DNA from: Candidatus Omnitrophota bacterium
Lineage (GTDB): Bacteria > Omnitrophota > Gorgyraeia > JABMRN01 > RBG-13-46-9
DNA length: 64,000 nt
Assembly: GCA_016782445.1 (NCBI GenBank)
Contig: JADHYM010000002.1
Location: 583 to 64,582 of the forward strand
Direction: 5' to 3'
Numbering within the stretch: the stretch's first letter is position 1; each line of letters begins with the position of its first letter. Positions 1 through 7,132 of the stretch are shown piece by piece. A program made the position numbers and the translations under genes. A model generated the notes under the pieces. The model saw only the letters and a list, made by a program, of their open reading frames with translations. It made no database searches and was not told where the DNA came from.

Positions 1-11
1 AAGATTATAAA

Positions 12-764
12 ATGTGGCTCAAAAAAACACGCCATAAGGATAATACAGTTAATAATCATCTAAAGACATTCAAGGCAATGTTTAACGTAGCCATTAAATG
101 GGAATATCTTGATAAGAACCCCATTAAAAGCGTAGAGCTGGTTACGGTTGAAGATGAGAAGCCCATTGTTACTTTAAATACGCCTGAAAAGTTTAGTCTC
201 TTTTTTGAACGGTGCAAGAAAATTAAACCGAAATACTACCCCCACTATTACTGCGCTTCCCTACTTGGCTTACGCTTTGGGGAATTGGTAAGCCTTGAAA
301 GGGATGACGTTGATTTTGTTCATAATGTCGTGCGGATAACACGAAAAGAAAACTTTAGCCCTAAAGGTAGGGGGAAGAAGGATAAGAAGCCAAAGGAACG
401 AGTGATTCCGATGCCTGAAAGCGTTGCCAAAATGCTAAAAGAAGTCCTCTCTAAACACACACATAAAAAGGTATTTCTTAAAAAAGGAAGACCCATAGAC
501 CGCAGGGATAAGAGTTTTAGACGTGGAATAATCAGTATTGTAAGAGGCACAGAATTTGAAGGCATGACAAGGTTCCATGAGCTACGCCACACCACAGGCG
601 ATATATTAGGGCTTTCGCACGATATCTACCACATTAAGAACTTTCTCGGGCATTCAGATATACGTACAACAGAGAGGTATGTGAGGGTTGCTGATGAGAG
701 CAAAAAGAAAATGGCAAATACATTAGAGCATTTTAGAAAGACTACACAATTGACTACACAGTAA
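12..764 (+). CDS. Tyrosine recombinase / phage-type integrase, probably 5'-truncated by the window edge
   Basis: C-terminal catalytic region with HELRHT and LGHSDIRTTERYVRV, matching the tyrosine-recombinase R..HxxR..Y pattern. The frame stays open upstream of the first ATG to base 3, so the true start is probably outside the window. Confidence 0.85.
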   Translation: MWLKKTRHKDNTVNNHLKTFKAMFNVAIKWEYLDKNPIKSVELVTVEDEKPIVTLNTPEKFSLFFERCKKIKPKYYPHYYCASLLGLRFGELVSLERDDVDFVHNVVRITRKENFSPKGRGKKDKKPKERVIPMPESVAKMLKEVLSKHTHKKVFLKKGRPIDRRDKSFRRGIISIVRGTEFEGMTRFHELRHTTGDILGLSHDIYHIKNFLGHSDIRTTERYVRVADESKKKMANTLEHFRKTTQLTTQ

Positions 765-825
765 GGTTTATGGTAAACTATAACCGGTTAAAAAGTAAGA
801 ACTTATGCAATTGGGGATGGAATAT

Positions 826-1226
826 CCCGTCGTCCCCGCCATTCTGCTTCGCCGAAATGCTTGCGCTTTCGGCTTCGCAGGAATTGGCAAGTAAACATGT
901 ATATCGTTTATATTCTTCTGAGTTTAAAAGAGCCCAGCAAATATTACATCGGCGTAACACAAGATTTAGAAAAACGTTTCAAAGAACATAATAATGCCAA
1001 AAGTGGATATGCGAATAGGCACATACCTTGGCAGATAGAAACATTTATTACTTTTAAGAATAAGCAATTAGCGCAAAGATTTGAGAAATATTTAAAACAA
1101 GGATCGGGCAATGCTTTTCTTAAAAAGCGGTTAATTTGATAGTTAGGCGAAGCAGAATGGCGGCTTGTCGGTCCTGCGAAGCTGAACGCGAAAGCATTCA
1201 GCGTAGCAGACCCGTCGTCCCCGCCA
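826..1226 (+). mobile_element. Inverted-repeat element carrying a GIY-YIG gene (element body 842-1210), bounded by identical 16-bp direct repeats
   Basis: Direct repeats cccgtcgtccccgcca lie at 826-841 and 1211-1226. The left arm (842-885) reads ttctgcttcgcc-hairpin-ggcttcgcaggaatt. The right arm (1170-1210) reads ggtcctgcgaagc-hairpin-gcgtagcaga. An exact reverse complement of the left terminus (ggcgaagcagaatgg) sits at 1146-1160. The same arms occur without cargo next to tRNAs at 6789, 7023 and 54875. Confidence 0.7.
897..1139 (+). CDS. Small GIY-YIG (URI) domain nuclease family protein
   Basis: Starts MYIVYILLS..KYYIGVTQDLEKRFKEHN, a GIY-YIG type N-terminal motif (YIVY ... YIG). About 80 aa, typical of stand-alone UPF0213/YhbQ-like proteins. 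I prefer the ATG at 897 to the TTG at 861, which lies inside the repeat arm. Confidence 0.8.
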   Translation: MYIVYILLSLKEPSKYYIGVTQDLEKRFKEHNNAKSGYANRHIPWQIETFITFKNKQLAQRFEKYLKQGSGNAFLKKRLI

Positions 1227-1295
1227 ATTTCAATACAGAGCACTCTTTTTTGAAGTGCCCGGAAGATAATAAAAAACTCTAAGGAGGATTAAGCA

Positions 1296-1682
1296 ATGAG
1301 AAAAGTTACCTCTATTTTGTTAATAACTATATTAGTATTTTCGCTGGCTACCATCTCTTATGCTCGCGGTAAAAGTTCGAGCGATATTTTAAAAGAGGGC
1401 CTTTTAGGAGGCGGCGCAGGCGCGATAGGCGGCCTTGCTTCGGGCGCCAAGGGCGGGAACGTCTGGAAGGGCGCTCTTGCCGGAGCCGGTGTTACAATAG
1501 TCGGAGGCGCGCTTCTTGACTCAATGAGCGGGGAAAAGGTTGACTCGGTGGATCGTGTTGAGCAAATGCCCTCCTCGGACGCCTACGGAGCCGGATATAA
1601 AGAAGGATTCAATAATGGCTATAAGCAGGGCTACACGCAAGGGTATAAAGACAGCATAGCCGAAAGCGCGCGGACACGATAA
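1296..1682 (+). CDS. Secreted glycine-rich protein of unknown function
   Basis: Signal-peptide-like N-terminus MRKVTSILLITILVFSLATISYA, then a Gly/Ala-rich zipper-like stretch (GGGAGAIGGLASGAKGG...GALAGAG). AGGAGG lies upstream of the ATG. Confidence 0.6.
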   Translation: MRKVTSILLITILVFSLATISYARGKSSSDILKEGLLGGGAGAIGGLASGAKGGNVWKGALAGAGVTIVGGALLDSMSGEKVDSVDRVEQMPSSDAYGAGYKEGFNNGYKQGYTQGYKDSIAESARTR

Positions 1683-1707
1683 ATAGTTTACTGGGGGGCA
1701 TGAGCTG

Positions 1708-1736
1708 TGGGCTATGGGCTCAAAACCCATAGCCCA
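1708..1736 (+). terminator. Stem-loop downstream of the glycine-rich protein gene
   Basis: tgggctatggg / cccatagccca is a perfect 11-bp stem with a 7-nt loop, followed by aaatttt, which is only a weak U-tract. Confidence 0.5.
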
Positions 1737-1747
1737 AATTTTCTAAT

Positions 1748-2743
1748 ATGATACTACTTATAATCCTAATAATAATCGTTCTCTTATCGTCGGCCGCCTG
1801 CTCAATGACTGAAGCGGCCGTTCTGAGCATTCCATTTATCAGGGTGAGAATTCTTGCGGAGCAGAAGGCCAAAGGCTCAAGAGATCTTCTTTTTATCAAG
1901 GAAAATATACACAGAGCCGTTGCTACGATAGTTATACTCAATAACACCATCAATATCGTGGGCGCGATTTTCGTGGGGCAGATGGTAGCGAACATTTTCG
2001 GCAACCAGTTCCTGGGAATATTTTCCGCAGTGTTGACCTTTGCTATCATCATCCTATCGGAGGCTATCCCGAAAACAATAGGCGAGCATTACAAGGTCCG
2101 GGTTTCGCTCAGGACCGCAAAAAGCTTGCGTGTAACGATGTGGTTTTTAAATCCGTTTATTGCCGTTCTTTCCCGGCTAATGAGGCCCTTTGCGAAGAAA
2201 GGAGCGCGGCCGTGGGTAACCGAGGAAGAAATAAAAATGCTCCTTCGTCTTGCGAGGGTCGCGGGAACCGTCGAGGTCGACGAGGAGACACTGATAAACA
2301 GGGTGTTCAAGCTGAACGACCTTACGGCGCTCCAAATGATGAAACCGATAAAAGGCGTGTACGCTCTTGACGGAAAGAAAAAGCTTATCGAAGAGAAAGA
2401 AAATATAATACAGTCCCCTTACTCAAGAATCGCAATTTTTGAGAAAGATCCCGCGAATATAATCGGCATTGCGCAACAAAGGATACTCTTGAGGGAAATA
2501 GCCAACGACAACGAAAGCGCGTTTATAAAAGATTTTATATCAACTCCGTTGTTTGTGAATGAAGGCGAAAAAGCAGACTCGCTTCTCGACAAATTCCAAT
2601 CTTATCATCAGCACCTTTTCATAGTCCGGGACGCGAAGGGGAAAAACATAGGAATAATAAGCATGGAAGACGTCCTGGAGGAACTTTTCGGTGAAATATA
2701 TGACGAAAAGGACGCCTCGCGTTTAAAACGGAGTTCCGGGTGA
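1748..2743 (+). CDS. CNNM/DUF21 transmembrane domain plus CBS-pair protein (HlyC/CorC-type transporter family)
   Basis: N-terminal multi-TM region with the SEAIPKTIG motif typical of DUF21. This is followed by a CBS-pair-like region and ends with ISMEDVLEELFGEI. Confidence 0.8.
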   Translation: MILLIILIIIVLLSSAACSMTEAAVLSIPFIRVRILAEQKAKGSRDLLFIKENIHRAVATIVILNNTINIVGAIFVGQMVANIFGNQFLGIFSAVLTFAIIILSEAIPKTIGEHYKVRVSLRTAKSLRVTMWFLNPFIAVLSRLMRPFAKKGARPWVTEEEIKMLLRLARVAGTVEVDEETLINRVFKLNDLTALQMMKPIKGVYALDGKKKLIEEKENIIQSPYSRIAIFEKDPANIIGIAQQRILLREIANDNESAFIKDFISTPLFVNEGEKADSLLDKFQSYHQHLFIVRDAKGKNIGIISMEDVLEELFGEIYDEKDASRLKRSSG

Positions 2744-3630
2744 GCGCCCGGGCATTTTGTCCGCTTTGTTCGTACGGGAAGGCAAAATCCGCATTTCCTT
2801 ACGAAACCATCTGGGCTGAAAAAAAATACGCATACAAAAAATGCTCTTCCTGCGGCACGACGTACATATCCCCCCTTCCTTCAGGTGAGGAGCTTGAGAA
2901 AATTTATTCTTTCGAGTCATACCACAACGTTTTCTATCATGAGCCGGCCGCAGAAAAGTACAAAAAATCCGTAAAAACACTTATGCAATATGCCGGAGAA
3001 AGAAAAACGCTTCTTGACTTTGGTTGCGGGGCCGGCTTTTTTTTAGACGAGGCGCAAAAATCCGGTTTTATCTGTTCGGGCACGGAACTTGATCACGAAA
3101 CCCGGGAAAAAGCGCGCGCACTTTGCAAAGCGGATATTTTTTCTTTTGAAGAAATGCAAGGCACCTCCCGGAAATTTGATATTATTCATATGGGAGACGT
3201 CCTCGAGCATCTCGGGGATCCTCATAAAGCCGTAGAAGGGCTTAAGGCGCTTCTTGAGCCCGGAGGTATCTTCTTCTTTGAGGGGCCCCTTCAAAATAAC
3301 CTTAGCGTTGTGTACTATTTTGCGCTGATTTTAAAAAATGTAAAAAGATTTTTTAAAATTGACAAACCCGCAAAAATTCCGCCTACTCACCTTATCCTGA
3401 CAAACAAAAATGCAATGATTGATTTCTTTTCAAAAAGACTCGGCCTTAAAATGAAGTATTTTCGAATTTACGAGACAGGCTGGCCGTATCTTTCTAAAAA
3501 GCCGGAAAAAGCCACCCCGGAGTGGTATCTTAAGGCGGTTGTGGGGTGGGCAGCCATTTTTTTAAGCCTTCTTGAGCCCGGAAATAATAAGAAACTCGGC
3601 AATCGTTTTATGGCAATATGTGCAGAATAG
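2740..3630 (+). CDS. Class I SAM-dependent methyltransferase with N-terminal Cys4 zinc-ribbon-like motif
   Basis: SAM-binding motif LLDFGCGAGFF. N-terminal CPLC...CSSCG. The GTG start overlaps the upstream stop codon. Confidence 0.75.
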   Translation: MSARAFCPLCSYGKAKSAFPYETIWAEKKYAYKKCSSCGTTYISPLPSGEELEKIYSFESYHNVFYHEPAAEKYKKSVKTLMQYAGERKTLLDFGCGAGFFLDEAQKSGFICSGTELDHETREKARALCKADIFSFEEMQGTSRKFDIIHMGDVLEHLGDPHKAVEGLKALLEPGGIFFFEGPLQNNLSVVYYFALILKNVKRFFKIDKPAKIPPTHLILTNKNAMIDFFSKRLGLKMKYFRIYETGWPYLSKKPEKATPEWYLKAVVGWAAIFLSLLEPGNNKKLGNRFMAICAE

Positions 3631-5483
3631 CCGGATTTATCGATTTTGCCTATAATCACGACTACCCAATGAGCGGAACCATTTCCGCGATGAGGGACGT
3701 TTTTGCCTATGCCGGCCCGGACGATTCAGGTGCCTATATCGACGAGAAAAACGGGCTTGCTTTTGGGCACAGAAGGCTTTCCATCATCGACCTTTCGAAG
3801 CTCGCCCACCAACCGATGTCGACGGACAATGGCAGGTTCTGGATAACCTATAACGGGGAAGTATATAACTTCGCGGAAATCAGACAGGAACTTGAGTCCT
3901 CCGGGTATAAATTTAAGTCGAATTCCGACACGGAAGTGGTCATAAAGGCATTTGACAGATGGGGGCACGATGCCGTGGGCAGGTTCCGCGGCATGTTTGC
4001 TTTCGCTATCTGGGACAGAAACACGGAAAAGCTTATTCTTTACAGGGATAGGGCAGGCGTAAAACCGCTTTACTGGTATTATAAAAACAACCTGTTCATG
4101 TTCGCCTCAGAACTCAAGTCCTTTCACAGGCACCCTAAATTCCGCAAGGAACTCGACACGAAAGGCCTTTCCCTTTACCTTAAGCACGGTTATATAACGG
4201 CCCCTTATACTATTTTTAAAGACACCTATAAATTAGAGCCGGGCTATTACCTCGAGATAGGCAAAAACCGCCGTATAAAAAAATATAGGTACTGGGAACT
4301 AAAAACACACTATACGCAAGGCGCGAAAAATAAAAACAAATGGCTTAAAATACCGGAAGATCGTATCGCGGAAGAGCTCGAAGAAATACTTAGCGATAGT
4401 TTTTCTTTAAGAATGGTTGCTGACGTTCCCGTGGGTATGTTTTTAAGCGGAGGGGTTGACTCATCCCTGGTAACTGCCCTTTTGCAGAAAAAAAGCTCAA
4501 AACCACTTAAGACATTTACCATAGGATTTCACGATGAAAGGTATAACGAAGCCGAGTGGGCGAAAAAAGTGGCGCGCCATATACGCACGGACCACACTGA
4601 GCTTTATTGCACGCCTAAAGAAGCCCTTGACGTTATTCCGAGCCTTCCCGATATGTTTGATGAGCCGTTCGGCGATTCCTCGGCTATACCTACGTATCTC
4701 GTGTCGAAACTCGCCAAACGCGATGTAAAGGTGAGCCTATCGGCTGATGGTGGAGATGAGCTTTTCTCGGGCTACGCGCGGTACAGGCTTTTGCCCGCGG
4801 TGCGCAAAGCTACGAAAAATATGCCTCCTCTTGTGCGAAAATGCTTGAGTTTGGCGCTTTCTGCCGTAAGCCCTTCTGCGGCGCGAGCCATTTATGAAAA
4901 AGCCGTAAGGCATATTCCGAAGGAAAAGCGCCTTGCGAATTTCGAGGAAAAATACACTAAGTTTGTAACGATCCTGAAGTCCGATAGTTTATGGCCTGAA
5001 TACGGATCTTGCGAAGGGCTGGAGGCTTCTGCCGGCATGATGCTGGATGATTTCGAAAATTATTTGCCAGGTGATCTATTGACGAAAGTGGACCGCGCCA
5101 CCATGTCGGTCGCGCTTGAAGGCAGGGATCCGTTTCTCGATCAACGGATTACGGAATACGCAGCCGCTCTTCCGATGGCGCTAAAGTATAAAAACGGACA
5201 AAGTAAATATATCTTGAGAAAAATTCTTTATAAATACGTTCCGCGGGAATTAATAGAACGACCTAAGCAGGGGTTTGCCATACCCGTTCACGACTGGTTT
5301 AAGAAAGAGCTAAAAGACCTTTTTTCATTTTACATGGACAACGAAAAGATAAAAAAAGACGGGATTCTGGACGCCCATTATGTCCAAAAACTTCTCGCGC
5401 TTTTTTTGCGGGACAGGCCCGTGAACCGGAATAAACTGTGGTATATTTTTTTATTTCAGATGTGGAAAGAAAAATGGCTGTAA
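3618..5483 (+). CDS. asnB: Asparagine synthase (glutamine-hydrolysing)
   Basis: N-terminal MC(R)IAGF with the nucleophile Cys2. The SGGVDSS PP-loop is present. The 621-aa length is typical of AsnB. Confidence 0.9.
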   Translation: MCRIAGFIDFAYNHDYPMSGTISAMRDVFAYAGPDDSGAYIDEKNGLAFGHRRLSIIDLSKLAHQPMSTDNGRFWITYNGEVYNFAEIRQELESSGYKFKSNSDTEVVIKAFDRWGHDAVGRFRGMFAFAIWDRNTEKLILYRDRAGVKPLYWYYKNNLFMFASELKSFHRHPKFRKELDTKGLSLYLKHGYITAPYTIFKDTYKLEPGYYLEIGKNRRIKKYRYWELKTHYTQGAKNKNKWLKIPEDRIAEELEEILSDSFSLRMVADVPVGMFLSGGVDSSLVTALLQKKSSKPLKTFTIGFHDERYNEAEWAKKVARHIRTDHTELYCTPKEALDVIPSLPDMFDEPFGDSSAIPTYLVSKLAKRDVKVSLSADGGDELFSGYARYRLLPAVRKATKNMPPLVRKCLSLALSAVSPSAARAIYEKAVRHIPKEKRLANFEEKYTKFVTILKSDSLWPEYGSCEGLEASAGMMLDDFENYLPGDLLTKVDRATMSVALEGRDPFLDQRITEYAAALPMALKYKNGQSKYILRKILYKYVPRELIERPKQGFAIPVHDWFKKELKDLFSFYMDNEKIKKDGILDAHYVQKLLALFLRDRPVNRNKLWYIFLFQMWKEKWL

Positions 5484-6670
5484 GCGTTTTATATATATCC
5501 TATGACGGGATAATGGAGCCGATAGGCGCCTCGCAGGTCTGGCAGTATGTGAAAGGACTTGCCGGAGAATACGCGGTTATTCTCCTTACCTATGAAAAGC
5601 CGGAGGATTTGCAGGATAGAAAGCGTTATTCTGCAATGCGGGATGAAGCGAGGGCGCGGAACGTATTGTGGGTTGCGCTTCTTTATCATAAAACGCCGTC
5701 TCTTTTGGCCACTCTTTGCGATATAACAACGGGGATTTTTGTTTCCTTTTATCTTTGCCTTGCCCGCAGGATACAAATCGTGCACGCCAGAAGCTACATT
5801 GCCTCTTCTGTGGCGCTCTGGCTAAAATTAATTTTACGGAAAAAATTTATTTTCGACATGAGAGGATTCTGGGCGGATGAACGCCTTGAGATAGGGCAAT
5901 TCAATATACGCTCGGCCGTTTATCGCATCTTTAAATGGTTCGAGAAAAGGTTTCTTCTGAATGCTGATTGCATCGTATCGCTTACGCTAAGTGGCGCCAA
6001 AGAGATAAAAAAACTTTCCTTCATGAAGGATCAAAATAAACGCCTCGCTGTCATACCGACATGCGTGGACTTGGATTTATTTAAACCGGATTTTTCCGGA
6101 GGCTCCCGCGATAAAAGCGTTTTCACGGTAGCGATAGTGGGAAACATAAAAGGCCTATATCTTTTCGACGAAATGTTGGATTTTTTCAAAATTCTCACCG
6201 AAAAACTACCCTCGGCAAAACTTCTTTTTCTAAACCGCGGAGAACACGCTTTTATAAGGGAAAAACTAAAAACCCACGATATTCCGCTTCAATCTGCTGC
6301 AATAAAAGAGGTAGAGCATAGCCGGGTAGGTAGAGAAATTGTTCACGCGGATGCGGGATTATTTTTTATAAAACCGACATTTTCTAAAACAGCCTCGATG
6401 CCTACGAAATTAGGCGAATTTTTGGCCTGCGGAATACCCTGCGTCACGAATTATGGCATAGGAGATACCGAAAGCATAATCGAAGGCAGCAGGATAGGCG
6501 TTGTATTGAAAGGTTTTGCGAGGCAACAAAAGGAAAACGCGGCAAGGGAGCTTTTTGCGGTAACAGAAGACAAAGAGCTTAAAAACCGCTGCCGCAAAAA
6601 AGCAGAAGAATATTTTTCTCTTAAAAAAGGCGTTTCATCCTATAAAGATATCTACCGACAATTACTTTGA
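5474..6670 (+). CDS. Glycosyltransferase family 4 (GT-B fold)
   Basis: N-terminus VLYISYDGIMEPIGASQV is typical of GT4 enzymes in polysaccharide loci. The C-terminal half contains PTKLGEFLACGIPCV. I prefer the ATG at 5474 (MAVSVLY) to 5438. Confidence 0.75.
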   Translation: MAVSVLYISYDGIMEPIGASQVWQYVKGLAGEYAVILLTYEKPEDLQDRKRYSAMRDEARARNVLWVALLYHKTPSLLATLCDITTGIFVSFYLCLARRIQIVHARSYIASSVALWLKLILRKKFIFDMRGFWADERLEIGQFNIRSAVYRIFKWFEKRFLLNADCIVSLTLSGAKEIKKLSFMKDQNKRLAVIPTCVDLDLFKPDFSGGSRDKSVFTVAIVGNIKGLYLFDEMLDFFKILTEKLPSAKLLFLNRGEHAFIREKLKTHDIPLQSAAIKEVEHSRVGREIVHADAGLFFIKPTFSKTASMPTKLGEFLACGIPCVTNYGIGDTESIIEGSRIGVVLKGFARQQKENAARELFAVTEDKELKNRCRKKAEEYFSLKKGVSSYKDIYRQLL

Positions 6671-6712
6671 CATTAATGCCTATTTGTGTTATTTTTATTT
6701 TACACAAAATCT

Positions 6713-6788
6713 GCCGAGGTAGCTCAGTTAGTAGAGCGCGGGCCTGAAAAGCCCGGCGTCCCCAGTGCAAGTCTGGGCCTCGGCACCA
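6713..6788 (+). tRNA. tRNA-Phe (anticodon GAA) with encoded CCA and atypical positions 18/55
   Basis: Hand-folded cloverleaf: acceptor gccgagg/cctcggc, anticodon loop ctGAAaa, 76 nt including CCA. The D-loop reads agttAgta (A18) and the T-loop reads tGcaagt (G55), instead of the canonical G18 and U55. Confidence 0.85.
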
Positions 6789-6893
6789 TTCTGCTTCGCC
6801 ATGATGCTTTCGCTCATGGCTTCGCAGGAATTCTCGTCAAACAGGATGTTGTTCCTCCGAAGCCGCACGCGAAAGCAATGCGGCGAAGAAGAA
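6789..6893. repeat. Cargo-less inverted-repeat element joined directly to the CCA of tRNA-Phe
   Basis: The left arm ttctgcttcgccATGAtgctttcgcTCATggcttcgcaggaattc and right arm gttcctccgaagccgcacgcgaaagcaatgcggcgaagaagaa are near reverse complements separated by about 17 bp. cca occurs on both flanks. Confidence 0.8.
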
Positions 6894-6903
6894 CCATTTT
6901 TAA

Positions 6904-6935
6904 TTAGCCGGTTAGCCGGTTTGCCGGTTAACCGG
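6904..6935. repeat. Four tandem copies of an 8-bp unit (ttagccgg, ttagccgg, tttgccgg, ttaaccgg)
   Basis: Read directly between the two tRNA genes. Each unit contains the CCGG palindrome. Confidence 0.8.
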
Positions 6936-6946
6936 TCGCTGTTTAC

Positions 6947-7022
6947 GCTGGCGTAGCTCAGTTGGTAGAGCAGCGGTTTCGTAAACCGCAGGTCACTGGT
7001 TCGAATCCAGTCGCCAGCTCCA
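6947..7022 (+). tRNA. tRNA-Thr (anticodon CGU) with encoded CCA
   Basis: Acceptor gctggcg/cgccagc, canonical D-loop agttggta, anticodon loop ttCGTaa, T-arm actgg-ttcgaat-ccagt. Confidence 0.9.
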
Positions 7023-7067
7023 TTCTGCTTCGCCATGATGCTTTCGCTCATGGCTTCGCAGGAATTC
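7023..7067. repeat. Solo left arm of the tRNA-linked element, joined to the CCA of tRNA-Thr
   Basis: 45 bp identical to 6789-6833 (ttctgcttcgccatgatgctttcgctcatggcttcgcaggaattc). I see no right arm downstream. Confidence 0.85.
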
Positions 7068-7071
7068 ATAA

Positions 7072-7106
7072 TAGCTTCGTAGAAAATTTCAATTCCTACG
7101 GAGCTA
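7072..7106 (+). terminator. Stem-loop after the tRNA pair
   Basis: tagcttcgtag / ctacggagcta forms an 11-bp stem with one G-U position and a 13-nt loop. Confidence 0.4.
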
Positions 7107-7132
7107 AATATGTAAATATTTAGCGTAGTAGA

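Noticed and set aside
6789-6893. The idea that the tRNA-linked element is a group I intron, because GIY-YIG genes often reside in such introns and bacterial tRNA genes can host them
   Set aside because: The element lies after the CCA rather than in the anticodon loop. The tRNAs fold intact without it. The cargo-less copies (~105-115 bp) are much shorter than any group I intron core I know of.
6686-7069. Track ORFs 6686-6907, 6728-7069 and 6765-6956 across the tRNA-Phe/tRNA-Thr region, and 770-991, 778-960 and 944-1243 around the GIY-YIG element
   Set aside because: They overlap tRNA genes and the inverted-repeat arms. The recurring peptide strings (MMLSLMASQEF and similar) are simply the translated repeat.
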